DNA of 64,000 nt. Origin: Bugula neritina (lineage: Eukaryota; Animalia; Bryozoa). A program made the translations under genes and the position numbers. How positions within the stretch are numbered: the first letter of the stretch is position 1; the number at the start of each line of letters is the position of its first letter. Under the pieces are notes generated by a model. That model searched no databases. It was not told where the DNA came from and saw only the letters and a program-made list of their open reading frames with translations. Positions 37,010-51,262 of this stretch are shown here, one piece after another. Location: positions 26,254,343 to 26,318,342 of the forward strand of contig OZ037766.1 in NCBI GenBank assembly GCA_964035545.1, written 5' to 3'.

Positions 37010-40000
37010 TTAGTCGGTTATTCTGTCAGCAGGAGAGCTTGTTTGTCTGGTCACAGGATGCTGCCAGCTTGTCTCCTGAGTCACATGACTAAAATGAATA
37101 CAAAGAAAGGGACATCAGCTAGCAGTACTTGTAAACCAGCTACTACTAACATAAACAACCAACTCATTTCCCATGTTTATCTCCCAATCTGACAGATAAA
37201 GGTGAGGTTATAGCAGCTGCTACTTCCAAGTTTAGTTTTGAATTTTAATAATAGTAGTAGTACCAGTAGCAGCAGCAGCAATAGTAGAATATTAGTAGAA
37301 GCAGCATCAGCAGTAGTAGTAGCAGCAGCAGCAGCTTAGTGGTCTATCATGTGAATGTAAACATGAAACTCACTAACATAAAGAAACTACTAACTTGATA
37401 AAGTATCTTGCTCCATTTTCATCATAACATTCCTCCCAACCAAAGGGCAGAGCTGAAACAGAAAAATACCCTCTAATATAATGATAATATTGAGATGAAA
37501 AACCTGCCTATAACTATCCGGCCAAATAGGAAATCGAAATCCCAAAAATCAAACAAAATAGTGCTAATGCATGGCTGTAATGATGTTTTAATGTACTGAT
37601 TTATCAGTGTAATGATGAATTAATGTAATGACGTAAAAACAGGATTTAGTTTAATGAGAGACCCAAATAAATTAGCAGTGGAACTGCAGGGTCATGTAAC
37701 TGCACTTACGGTTACGTTCAAGAAGAGCCCTGACTAGATTGACTGTTTCCAATGCCTCGGCAGCTATGTTCTGTGCAGAAGGCTTGCTTTTGGACTGTCC
37801 AGCCATAGTATCATGCACGTTCTGGCAATATTCTACCATAACACAGTTGGTATATAGTATACAGAAAGTATATATTATATACCTAGTAGTTTCTACATAG
37901 TATACAGAGAGTATATATTATATACCTAGTAGTTTCTACATAGTATACAGAGAGTATATATTATCTACCTAATAGTTTCTATATAGTATACAGAGAGTAT
38001 ATATTATATATCCAGTAAATTCTATATAGTATACAGAGGGTATATATTATATACATAGTAGTTTATATATAGTATACAGAGAGTATATATTATCTACCTA
38101 ATAGTTTCTATATAGTATACAGAGAGTATATATTATATATCCAGTAAATTCTATATAGTATACAGAGAGTATATATTATATATCCAGTAAATTCTATATA
38201 GTATACAGAGGGTATATATTATATACATAGTAGTTTATATATAGTATACAGAGAGTATATATTATCTACCTAGTAGTTTCTATATGGTCTACAGAGAGTA
38301 TATATTATCTACCTAATAGTTTCTATATAGTGTACAGAGAGTATATGTTATCTACCTATTAGTTTCTATATAGTACACAGAGAGTATATGTTATTTACCT
38401 GGTAGTTTCTATATAGTATACAGAGAGTATATATTATATACCTAGTAGTTTCTATATAGTATACAGAAAGTATATATTATCTACCTAATAGTTTCTATAT
38501 AGTATACAGAGAGTATATATTATCTACCTAATAGTTTCTATATAGTATACAGAGAGTATATATTATCTACCTATTAGTTTCTATATAGTACACAGAGAGT
38601 ATATGTTATTTACCTGGTAGTTTCTATATAGTATACAGAGAGTATATGTTATTTACTTGGTAGTTTCTATATAGTATACAAAGAGTATATATTATTACCC
38701 ACCTAGTAATTTCTGCACAGCAACTTGATAAATCTTTTTACTATCTTCAGACTTTCTGAGCTGTGAACCCAGAACTGCTAACTTCTTTCTTACCAGACTA
38801 CTTTCCTACAGTATATAATACACTATAGTACTCAATACAGTGTGGACAGTATATAATACACTCAATACAGTGTGGACAGTACATAATACACTCAATACAG
38901 TGTGGACAGTATATAATACACTCAATACAGTGTGGACAGTACATAATACACTCAATACAGTGTAGACAGTATATAATATACTATAGTACTCAATACAGTG
39001 TGGACAGTATATAATACACTCAATACAGTGTGGACAGTATATAATACACTCAATACAGTGTGGACAGTATATAATACACTCAATACAGTGTGGACAGTAT
39101 ATAATACACTCAATACAGTGTAGAGAGTATATAATACACTATAGTACTCAATACAGTGTGGACAGTATATAATACACTCAATACAGTGTGGACAGTATAT
39201 AATATACTCAATACAGTGTGGACAGCATATAATACACTATAGTACTCAATACAGTGTGGACAGTATATAATATACTATAGTACTCAATACAGTGTGGACA
39301 GTATTTAATATACTATAGTACTCATTACAGTGTGGACAGTATATAATATACTATAGTACTCAATACAGTGTGGACAGTATATAATACACTCTAGTACTCA
39401 ATACAGTGTGGACAGTATATAATACACTCTAGTACTCAATACAGTGTGGACAGTATATAATACACTATAGTACTCAATACAGTGTGGACAGTATATAATA
39501 CACTATAGTACTCAATACAGTGTGTACAGTATATAATACACTATAGTACTCAATACAGTGTGGACAGTATATAATACACTCAATACAGTGTGGACAGTAT
39601 ATAATACACTATAGTACTCAATACAGTGTGTACAGTATATCATACACTCTACTAGACATAAGATTCTTGTCAAAGTAAAACTGAAGTTGGAATATATTAT
39701 GTCATGCTGCATGAAACAGCCTACAAAGGAGAAATCAATTTTCCACAAGGGCTAGTAAAGAGAAGATAACAATCAAATGCTATATTCACCGCCTTTAATA
39801 AATGAAACAGGAAACAAACAGCATAACTTGTAGATGATATTTATACTAGAAATTATAAAAACTAGTTGAATATGAATCCTTGGTTGAGAGAGACAACTAA
39901 CAACAAGTTACCAATTGCTTTGCTTCATTCTCCTTAAGAACTCTGTTCTCCTGTTTGAGACCGTCTATAATCCCCTCCAACTCCAACTCCTGATCTCGAG

Positions 40001-43000
40001 CTATTTTCTGACTTTCTGCTGCCAGAAGAAGTTTCTGTTTCAATGATGTCGTCTGCTGTAGAGTTTCTTGTGACTCCTAAAACCAGGTTAGAAATCCAGA
40101 GAAAGACGTTACCATAAACTGAGATACACCGAATTATTCTATAATATAGTATGATGACAGTGTACACTATGTATTATTCACTGTTAACTATACACTGTTG
40201 ACTATGTACTGCTCATTATGTAATGTTGATTATGTACTCTGCATTACTCACTATATACTGTGTATTGTTTACTATATACTATGTACTAAGTACCAATTAC
40301 TATGTACTAAGTACTGTTAACTATGTAATATGTACTGTTTACTATAATATACTATGCACCATTAACTACGTACTATGTACTGTTTAAACTGAGTGATGAA
40401 ATGACATGAATACCACTTTTTACAGCAACTGAGAGGAGACGATTCTAAAAAGAAAGACACTAAAATATCCTAAATATCGGAACATGACCCAACTTAGCAA
40501 AGACCTACTCACAGCTCTGAACCTATGAAGGTCTTTCTCGGCCTTGCATGTCAGCTGCACCTGCTCATTCAACTGTCTGCTTAGACTGTGCACCTGCTTT
40601 CTTAGTGTGAAATTCTCCTTCTGGAGTTGTCTTATTTCATCAACTAAATCGGATTGGTGGTCACCATTGAAAGCAGGGGCTTCAACTAGCTGTAACACAA
40701 AAAATTTACAAAATATAAATATGGGGGAACAATACACAAAAAACGTGACAAACAAGCAGCAGTATCAGTGTATGTGTACAGATTTTTAGGAAAACTGTTT
40801 TAATTAGTTTGCATAAGAGATAATAAAATTCTTATAAAAAGAAAAAAGAAAAGAGAAAGAAACAAATTGGGAATAGGACTACAAGAAGATAGTGTAAATG
40901 ACTAGCATGCAAGTATCATTATACTACTTTGAATGCCCAAAAAATCTAACAAGTAGCTGTCTCGGTACAACTACCTGGGAGTTAGCTACTCCTCAGACTT
41001 GATTACTCATAATCCAGTCATGAATCATGAATTGTTTCCATCCAAGTGCCAATAGATTACTTTTTAATCAATATTATTGATTTATCTTATGTACAACTCC
41101 TTAGTTGCTCTATTTACGCCGTTCTAAAAGTTCCATCTATTTGTACTAATTGACTGAGTGGCTACCAATTAGCTATAAAGAGCTGTAACTACTTCTTATT
41201 AACCTACTACCATCTGGTGATACAATATACACAGGTGAAAATCACTTGAAGCAGCACTGAGTTGGAGGTGACTGAGTGCACTGGTTGGGCAATATCAAGT
41301 ATGAGGTTAGGGGTTTGGAGTCTGAATAACAATGTTTATACAAATATTGTACCCATTCACCCCCAATTCAGTGCTACATCTAGCAATATTTTACACAGGA
41401 AATGCATTGCAGAATTATCAAATAGCCTGTGATCTAGCAAGAAGTTAGAAAGAGCTTCATCTCAAACTGACATAGAAAAAAATCTTTACAAAGAGAAATA
41501 TTATAATGAATCATGTAGGCTTAAATATAATGAAAATTTTACCTTGTGTGAGGATTGAAGAACTGTGAGATTGTTATAGTTGTGGTGACTCGGTTGTGCT
41601 GACATAGTCTGCAACTCTAGCTGCTTGAGGTCACCCTGGAACATCTCTCTCACTGCATGCACGTACTGGTTGTAGCTTATGAGACCCTCTTTATCAACCT
41701 CCATTCTTGACCTCAACGCTTCCTGTGTTATTCAGGAAACAAATAAACTAAATGGAAGTCAACACTTTTAGCTTAAAACCTTCAGAAACCCATGTAGGTG
41801 TAGAGTCGAAGTTATATAAAATAGTTTTAGTTCTAGCAAAACTTGTCGGACTATGAAATGCACATTACAAACCAAAACGATAAACCACAGGCTATCAACA
41901 TAAAGTAAGCAATGCAGGGAAACTCAACCTTTAATGGTAAATCTTTGTGATAGGAGACAAGAGTGAGAGAGAGTATTTACCTGACTATCAGTTAATTATA
42001 ACATAAGTCCAATATATTGAAAGGTAAATCAGAAAGACAAGCAAAGTAGTATTTAACCAACATTACATATTTGTATAATAGATGATTCACTATTGTCATA
42101 TTTCTATACGAATAAACAAAGACAAACCAAAGAGTTTAGATCGAGGGGGGGGACCTGATGTCCCAACTAGATAATCAACTGTTTCAGAGAACCTCACGCT
42201 TGCTAACAAGTCAACTAGTCTTTTTACAAGCATTTTGCCACCAAAATAAACTGAATTACACAATAGAAATGTATCAAAATGCTAAGCAGCATTATAGCCA
42301 GGCTATTCTGACCTCCAGTACTAGAGGAGTTATTAAATTTACAGTGTAGTTCACTCAAATGAAGAGACCAGAGTTTATTTAGGTGCAGCAGTGGAGAAAA
42401 TTTTAATAGTGCAAGTTTGCTATAAATTTTCTTAATAAATTTTGATTTGGGATGAGGACATAACTTCTTTTGCTAAATTTCTAGTCTAGAAAAAAGCTTT
42501 TATTCATTTCCACACTACTGCATTTATCTTCCAGAGTTACATTTTACATAATTTATCAGTGAGAGCCAAAGGCTTGTAAGACACACGTAGCTCTGGTCCA
42601 CATGGTCTACTCTAGCTTAGATTATAACTAAAAGGAAATAACAGACAGACCTTTTGTGTAGGCGATATATCTAGTCCGAGAAACTTCAGTGCTGTGTCCA
42701 GTTTTTCAAACGTACATCTCATATCCGAGTCTAGCAGGAGTGGGCGAGACTGAGCTGAGGCATTCTGATGGAGAGAAGAAAGATGAAAACCTGGAGGAGA
42801 GAAAACTAGAATATTACAGTAAGTGTTGTTCATACCTAGTGCCAGGTAATTGTCCCTTTTGAGTGCTTCAGCTGATGTGAGATTTCTTTAGCAATACTCA
42901 AACTATATAGGATAAGAGAAAGCACCCACTAGCGTAACAAAAGCCAAGCTTCCTCAGAAAAAACGATTACGCACTATAATATCCTACGCAAAACACATAA

Positions 43001-45654
43001 ACTCAAAGATGGTGCATTCATTTTCGTTAAATATAAATTTAAAAATAAAATACATACAAAGAATAAAATACAACAATTTGAGTAACAAAAAATGAAAATG
43101 AGCTTCTATTTGTACCCCCTTTAGCATCCACCTCTAAACCCCTTACAGGTAATCAATGAGTGCCAACTTTGAAACATCTGTTACACATAGCAAGTTCAGG
43201 AGAGTGTGATGAAAGGTTAATGACCAAAAATACAATGTACATTATTTAATGAGCACCATATGAACTAAATCGGAAATAAATATACTTTATTAACTGAAAT
43301 TGCATCGGGAACTAGACCATGTTTTAATTTGAAAATGCTACCCATTATATCTCACAGGTATGTGATGGTGCGTACACACACTTACTCCCCCCCCCCCTCC
43401 ATGTACATAGATTCCAAAAACACCTTCAGTGTGGCTATAGTTTATAGTGATAGCTGCTAATACAAAGAAATGCCACTTGGCAATATATTACATAGTCATA
43501 CAGTCATAATAATCCGTGCAGTAACATAGTACGAGCATAATCTTACCATGATTTCTTCATGAACACACACTGACCTGCATGGATAGATGAAAATAGCCGA
43601 TGTGCAATTGTGTGATCGGTATCTTGCTGTTGTGGTAGCTTGTGATTGGTTGAACTTGAAACTGTCTGCATATCATGCGACTCTACTAAAATATTTGTTG
43701 GGACTTGAGCTGGTGAAAAACTCGAAAATAAATGATAATAGCTTTTACTAATAACTTACAGATATACAACTCTTTCATTGTAAGAACTATTCTATACTCA
43801 TCCTGTAACAAAGGAAACTTCCCAAAAAAAGCTATGCACAATAATCAGGAAATAGATTTCCATATTTTAGAGTTGGCAGTCCAGAGAAAAAATATGCATT
43901 TTATAAGAGCAGGCAGATTGCACCTGGGTCATTTTAGTTAATTTAGTACACACTGGAAATCTCCAGTTTTTAGCTATTTTTTTTACAATTAAGCTGCTAA
44001 TGAACATGGCTTTTTGCCCGAAACTAGTAAAATATGAATGGACACACCTAAATAATCAAGGTTCTTTTTAATTTTGCTTAATTACCCATGCTTTTTCTTA
44101 ATTATTTAGCTACTTTTGATTGCAGAGCGTTATAAAAAAAGCCATAACTCTCCGAAGTCAAAAGTAGCTGAATAATTAGAAAAAACACGGGAAATCAAGC
44201 AAAATTAAAAAGAACCTTGATTATTTAGGTGTGTTCATTCATATTTTACTAGTTTTAGGCAAAAACCCATGTTAATTAGCAGCTAAATTGTAAAAAATAG
44301 CTAAAAACTCGAGATTTCCAGTATGTACTAAATTAAGTAAAATGACCCACCTTTATATCTTAACAAACTCAACAAACTAACCTTTAAGTGGGTTTTGTGG
44401 TGTACTAGCCATCATAGGGTCAATGTTTGGTCTGCGTGTGAAGAAATTAGCGAGTCTTTGAATATCCTGTCTATTTGCGGAGTTGTTGCTGAGTGTGCGA
44501 GTCAGACCTGAGTTGTTTAGAGTCACTGGTGGTTCCCGAGGTGTCACCTCATCTGATTCAGAGTTCCTAGACTGGAGAGATGTGTCAGGTGACATGGAAC
44601 CCTCCTACAACCACATTATCTCATACAGTGTCACTAGTAACTGATATTTAGTATAATAAACTATCTTATGTGTCTGTAGTCTCAAGTTTTGGTAACAGAA
44701 ACAGTGGTTCACTAGTGAGCTTCATCTTTTCTTAAATCCGATGACACTTTATGAATATTAACTCACTTTATTATTTAAATAATTAAAATATGAACAATTA
44801 TATACTATGTAATGAAACAAACATGATAAAATAGTAGCATTAACTGATAACTATTAAAATGTGACAGACACAGTGAGTATAAATTACATTGGCAGGTGTG
44901 GTGGCCTCTGATTGGGCAGATGTGGAGCAAGCAGAAGTTGCAGGAGTGCTGGCTCTAGAACATTCAGAAGCAGACGTGAATTCTTCTTCCATGAGTTCTT
45001 CAAAGCTGTGCTGAGCCTTCTGGTCTCTAGTTATGACCATCGTTATCTGACCTATATAAAATTAATGACATGAATAAATATATTCATTTACAGGAAGGCA
45101 TTGCAACAACAACTAACATAATTCCTCTGAAAATAAACCCGCAAAGATTTGAAATATAAGTTTTATCAAATGATGTCTTGATTTTTTTTATAATATATTA
45201 CGGAAGACAACTCCAAAATTATACAAATTCAACAAGTGTAATCTAAATGTTCAGGTTATCTCTCCACGCTACACTTTTTTATAAAATAATTGTAAGTAAC
45301 GCTCAAAATGACAGCATTCTATGAGTGAGTTTGGTGAGTATCAACTGAGATAGATGATGAATAAGTACCTCTAATCCCATTGGATAATTGAATACGCAAA
45401 TTCTAATGAATACGTTTTATAGCCTTTGTACATTCAATGCCAGTATTTTATTCCATAATTATTTTTAAAAAGTAATTTGACACTGCGAAACGGCAAAACC
45501 CACCTGAGCCACACTTGCATGCAATGTGTTGTGTTTAGGAAAAAACATTTCATAATGTCACAAAAGCAAAAATAACTCTATAACAAATGTACAAGCCTAT
45601 GTGCTGATCAACACCAGTAAGGACAAGTTTCTCCCTACACCCACAGCTGAGAAG

Positions 45655-45692
<38 letters not shown>

Positions 45693-45796
45693 TTTAGTAA
45701 AACTATAAGTTTTACTATTGTGAAGGTGTGGGCCATGGTACTCTGTTCTGTGCTGATGAGGGGACAAATCCCGAAACAGCTGCTGTCCACAGATTG

Positions 45797-45889
<93 letters not shown>

Positions 45890-47212
45890 CTTAACAGACA
45901 TAATAAACTATACACACCAGTAGCTGCAGCTTCCCGGAGTACTAGTAATGAGTCTTCATAAGATATATTCTCAAGTGATCTGCCATTAATTCTCAGTAGT
46001 TGATCTCCAACCATCAGCCTTCCTGCAATGCACAGGTGTTGGACTTATCCAACATAGCAGACCACACAGGTTCTCAACTTATAGTAGCCTATCATTAATA
46101 CAGCTGAAGAGGTAAATGTGAGTTTCGGTAAATGCTACTGAATAAAATAGTATATCAATTGAAAAATAACGAGTAAATACAAAACAAAATAAAATAGTAT
46201 ACTATACAATACAGTAAAAAAGCATGGACGATCATTAATTTTCAATACTGGTCCACTTTACCAATCATATTGTAATAAAACTATATAATCAGTCTGTGTT
46301 GGACTTAGATTTGTTTACTCCTGCACGTAATACTTACCATCAAGTATAGCTTTTTTGTTCGGAAGCAAACGCTTAATAAAAATGCCATTCGCCTCTCCCC
46401 CAATCACTTTGACTCCTTAATTTGTAAAAAACAGAATTACAATAAATTCATGATAATATTATGCATTCTGTCATGATTTACACTAATCGCCATTCAAGCT
46501 GATACAGAAATAAAAAAAAAAGTTAGACAGATTCTTCAAAATCTAACATAAATTAATCAAAATACAAAGTTTAACTTAAAAAATTGTTTTCACATGTCTT
46601 AGTGTGCCTAAAACAAGTAAAATTAGCAATTGATCTTTAATATCGACTCCGGAAAAGCCTGGTGAATATAACTTACCAATACCGCCATGACAGTCTCGGA
46701 ACTGTATAGCTATTGTCTCTCTCGCTTTGACGGGCTTGCTGTAAAAATCATTCAAGTGGTGAAGCAATGTAAGCCAAAATTATAGAAAAAAAGTAGATAT
46801 CATAATTTACAGCAAACTATAGTATATTAAGAAAGAAAATTACATTTTAATTATATTAAGTTTTAGATAGCTTGCCAGTGCTACACACAACTTGTTTTTT
46901 GAAAATTATATTTCAGCACATTTTGTCTTTTGAACTCAGACTAAAAACTAATAAAAAAAATCAAAAAGAAGAAGAGATATAAAAGCATGTAAATAGTAAC
47001 TTCAGAACATTTTGCCTGGACTATTGATAAATATAGCTTCGCTGAAACATGATAAAATATGATGATTTAGTTGGTAGGAAACATGGATACATAGAGAAAA
47101 CGATTAAAAAATATAAAGTAATTTAACTTTATTAATAATACCTGGAGAGATGCAAAGTCTGTCTCACACTGGCTGGCTGCAACGTGATTGTAGAGGAAGG
47201 AACTGTGGCCAT
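37010..47212 (-). CDS. STXBP4: Syntaxin-binding protein 4 (Synip) orthologue: PDZ, EF-hand-like region, coiled coil, WW; about 15 coding exons
   Basis: Probable first exon 47212-47142 (MATVPSS...); [45 protein letters not shown]; coiled coil [14 protein letters not shown]; [21 protein letters not shown]|[12 protein letters not shown] (exons 37452-37395 and 37088-37010), matching the STXBP4 C-terminus as I recall it. Confidence 0.9.
37852..38700. repeat. 39-bp minisatellite filling a STXBP4 intron
   Basis: Unit approximately ATAGTATACAGAGAGTATATATTATCTACCTAATAGTTTCT, about 21 copies. Confidence 0.95.
38807..39650. repeat. 30/39-bp minisatellite (CAGTATATAATACACT[ATAGTA]CTCAATACAGTGTGGA variants) in a STXBP4 intron
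   Basis: Direct observation of two interleaved unit lengths. Confidence 0.95.
43926..44348. mobile_element. Fold-back MITE with ~195-bp inverted arms
   Basis: GGGTCATTTTAGTTAATTTAGTAC... pairs with ...GTACTAAATTAAGTAAAATGACCC; 4-bp flanking direct repeat ACCT (43922-43925 and 44349-44352). Confidence 0.88.
45656..45886. repeat. Two (TA)n tracts flanking a ~105-bp insert (Penelope-like remnant)
   Basis: (TA)n at 45656-45690 and 45797-45886 surrounding the hammerhead motif. Confidence 0.8.
45747..45793 (+). ncRNA. Minimal type I hammerhead ribozyme
   Basis: TCTGTG-CTGATGA-GGGG acaaa TCCC-GAAA-CAGC t GCTG-TC-CACAGA: complete catalytic core, 6-bp stem I, 4-bp stem II, near-palindromic stem III, GUC cleavage triplet ending at 45787. 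Confidence 0.85.
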
Positions 47213-49316
47213 GTTTATTCACTAAATCAAATTTAAATTATCCTACGTAGAATAATGTTAAACATTAATAGAAGACATGATATAATGTGCAGCAAAAGTG
47301 CTGAGAACAGAGAATTATAATGCAATTTAAGCTTCATCAGGTGAAGGTAAAATATTGTCCATCAGTACTTTTATTTCCAACTTTTTAAATAAAATATAGT
47401 TGACTCACTGAATGTTTCATTATGACTACTGCTTATAACACTTAAATTAGCAATTTAATTAAATTAATTTAAGAATGGGTGATCTCTGTGAAAATCTGTT
47501 GTTTTTTATTTGTCGTTTCTGTTTGCGTTTCTACAGCCATAGCTGATATTGACAACCCTATCAATGCCCATAATCTTCTCTACCAATATCACTGACGCTG
47601 TAGTAAATTTCCATTACAAGTAATACTTTACGATGATCTGAAATTCATTCACACTCAAACTCAAAGTCACTGTCAGTCATTATAACAGTAATATTGGCAC
47701 CAAAGTCAAACTGTGACGTTAACAGTGACTGTATAATTAATATTTATTATTAATTATGTTTGCCATAATTGAAACTGACATAACTAATATTGCAAATAGT
47801 GAAATACAACCGTTATGATAATCATAATGATAATGATAATCATTATCCTCATAGTCATGATTATATTTTTATTTTAATAACAATTTGAATCAAAATAAAA
47901 AGTTATACACTAACGCAAGCACTTTTATAAATATCAAAAAACTGCCACAATATGTTGATATAACTTTTAAAGTTGATAAATATGTCCCTTGCTAAAAGCC
48001 ATACCTGTTTACAGGGCTGAAACAAAAATTTATGAAAGTCGCGCATAGTTCAAGCCGCCATTTGTAAACAAACGTTCAACTATAATTTAGCATTGCATCG
48101 TTCGTCGGAAAAATAGCCATAGCGACAAATTACTTGAGTTGTGTGTGCTATCATTGAGTCCACCAAATACAGCTGTCAGCTATTTCCTGTCTGTCAGTAA
48201 ATTGATCAACTTTGTCTCTTGAACTCAGTAGAGTGGAATAAGCATTATAAGTATTTATCACAGGCATATGATTACTCAAATTACACGAATTAAACTCATC
48301 TACAAATAAAAAAGTTTGTGCTTTTAAATTCATTTGTTATTTAGTTGAAATTTAATGTTAGTGTGAGTTTTTTTACGTAAACATCTATCATACCGATACG
48401 AAAAGTGATTTTGGTTAACCGTTAAGTTCAAGCTGGAAGTGGATTGTAGCTGTTGTTGATGTTCCATTTATCTAAATCGATATTGTATTTTGTACAATTC
48501 AAGTTGAATATTTAAATGCTCATCAATATTATTTATGAAAATATTGTATTCTATAGTTTTAGTTACAGTAATTGCTAGGATGATTGCTGATTGGGTTAAG
48601 CACTTAAGCTATAATAATGAAGTCAAAATGAAAATAAACTATCAATTTTTATATTGATATTTTCATATTTTATGTTATCATAATGTTGATTTTAATTTGT
48701 GGCTGATAGTTATGCTTAAAGTTAGGTATTAAGGCTCAATTTTTATTAAATAAGTATTGTAGTAATACTAACAGTAATACTAATAGGCATGGTATTACTA
48801 TTGGTAATCACCCTAGGCAACACATTTATATGAGGTATTAATACACTATGATATTAGTTATAATATATGATGAAATAAAATATATATCATCATCATCATG
48901 AGGTCTGCTTGCAATAGTAATTGTATAGCTACTATTTAAAACATAATGTATGTGTGATCATTGTTCAGTAAAATTAAGGATTTCGAAATCACTGCGGTTT
49001 TATAAAAATGGAGGTTATGTTCTTTATAATTGTTGATTATATCAGTGATAGTTATACTTATAAACCTGTAATTGTAACCTTGCCAAAAAAATATTCATTG
49101 TATCTATTATTTAATATTAGACTGAATTAAAAAAGTTATGATGTTAAAGTGAACCTTTCTATGCCTTATTTATATTTTATGGTTCTATTGTTAATTTCGT
49201 CCAGTTGAACATGACTAATATTGTGCATGTCACATGTTGTAGGTGTGAGTTATTTGGAATTAGTAATGAGTATTTTATTCTTTGATTGAGAGATTTTTGT
49301 GGGAAATAAAAGCAAC

Positions 49317-51262
49317 ATGCAGTCAGATGGATCTACTAAGATACCTAGTGATCAGGTTTGGACCTAATCCTATCATATTTATTTTTATACCCCTCAAAGT
49401 GAAGATGTAATTGTTTCTTTTTAAAATATCCTGTTAAATATTCAAGTCTACTATTACTAAAAACATGAGCTTCGGCTGACCTGCATAAACATCTTCCTGT
49501 GGTCATGTGAATTGTGACTTAAAATATGATGAAATGAAAAAAAAACAGTTATTAAGTTGCATCTTAAGCTCTGGGTGCTTTTAACCTAAATAGTGTTATT
49601 TATTTACCAAATATACTATACAATATGATACAATTATTTACTCTACCCATGTTTTTATATTTGCTAAATCAAGTGCGACTGGTAATGTAATCAGGCCGGT
49701 TGTATCAAACCCAATTAATCAAAGCCCACAGAAAAGTGGCCATACAAGTTTATAAAAATATGTCAGATGCTTGCTTTCAACCTACCGAATCTTAATAATG
49801 TAATTGGGCTCATACTAAATGTACTCTATGTTGATATAATCAAATCTCCTTTTTCTGTATGATTTACTGTTATATGTACATGCAAACTGGTAGCTGGTAG
49901 GCTATCATGATTGGTTTTGTATTTGCTTCAGTTTTGAATGTTTGTAATACGGAGTGACCGCTTAATGAAATTAATGTTGTACTTTCTTTCAAGGCTAAGC
50001 TATCGATGCAATTTTCTATTCATCTCCGCAACCACAACCTCTACAGTGTATCTTCTTTCTGTCAGGTGAATCTGAAGATTATTCTAGTATCTGGAGAAAC
50101 TAGTGAGTTCCTGTTCAACCCGGAAGACTCAGTGTCTGTAATCACTCGGCATATATTTGATAACTGGCCAGACGGTATGTTGATTCCGTTTACTCAGTTA
50201 ATCTGGTGTTCTTTTACTATAACTGGGAGATATGCATGGTCAATAGTTGTGTGTAAAGGGTACCAATTTAGAAATGCTTCTCTCAATGTATTCTATTTCA
50301 GAATAATTTGTTTTCTGAAATATGACAACATATTTATACTGTTTTTATAAAAATACATTCATCATATAATTTAATAAGAAGCAATTTGTATCATGGTGCT
50401 CATACCTTTTACTTGATTTTATTGGAGAATTTATTATTTATTTATTAAATAGAAGGGTAAATTATAAAGTATTTTTTGCAGTAATATAAACATCTATTTC
50501 AGTAAACTACTTGTAGGTTTCATACCGTAATAGACCAGTCAATCTCTTCGCATGCATTGCTATATTTTTGATGGATTTCATTTATTCAGACTATGAGAAC
50601 AGAGAAACAGTTCGATAATGAAATCAGCTACTTCCTAAGTCAATTTTTGTGAGATATAAAACAATATTTTTGAATAGTAATTTTGTGACATGTTTTTATG
50701 TATATGCTGTGGTACAAACGCTGGGAGTATTACGCATTTTTATAGCATGGCCCTCTGAAAGCAAGCCTGAGGAGAACATCATAAGATTAATATATCAAGG
50801 GAGGTTCCTTCACGACTCGGTATCACTGGCAGCGCTGCAGCTAGCTCGAGGTAAAACCACCGTCATGCACCTGGTGTGCCGGGAGAGTTTACCTGCTGCA
50901 AATCATCCAGGTACGCATCTCGTTGCCACCTCTGTCTCGTGGGTTTGTTGTCTACCTTTTTCTACAGACAGTAAATACCACAATACTTCTATCCTATAAG
51001 GAACCACTGTTTTAGCCCTACTCTGTATGGAAAGACTTTGCCCCAACTGGGATTTGAACCCAAAAGCTCCGGCTTGCATACAAGTGTGCTAACCATTACA
51101 CCACAGGGACTGCTTTGTAAACTCAACACTACACTCTGTAGTATTTTTTTATGTCATGTGATGATCCTATTTGCAGGAAATATCAGGAGAGGAAAACCCC
51201 ACAGAGCTTCAAGTGCTCGCCAACAGGAGACGGGCTGCTGTGCAAGCTGCACTGTTCTGTAA
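49317..51262 (+). CDS. UBL3: Ubiquitin-like protein 3 (membrane-anchored ubiquitin fold); exons 49317-49355, 50066-50174, 50746-50910, 51177-51262
   Basis: IPSDQ|VNLKIILVSGETSEFLFNPEDS...IFDNWP, IIRLIYQGRFLH, GKTTVMHLVCRE; C-terminal CCASCTVL CaaX. Confidence 0.95.
51039..51109 (-). other. tRNA-derived fragment (SINE head or tRNA pseudogene) in UBL3 intron
   Basis: A box TGGTGTAATGG and B box GGTTCAAATCC at tRNA-like spacing; anticodon and acceptor stems pair poorly. Confidence 0.6.

Noticed and set aside
51039-51109. Functional tRNA gene
   Set aside because: A and B boxes are present but the cloverleaf stems do not pair well; kept only as a tRNA-derived fragment.
37010-51262. Functional link between the cluster (CaaX and PDZ-ligand tails) and neighbouring UBL3 (CaaX) and STXBP4 (PDZ)
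   Set aside because: Only physical proximity; animal gene neighbours are usually unrelated and these two genes lack the kB promoter pattern.
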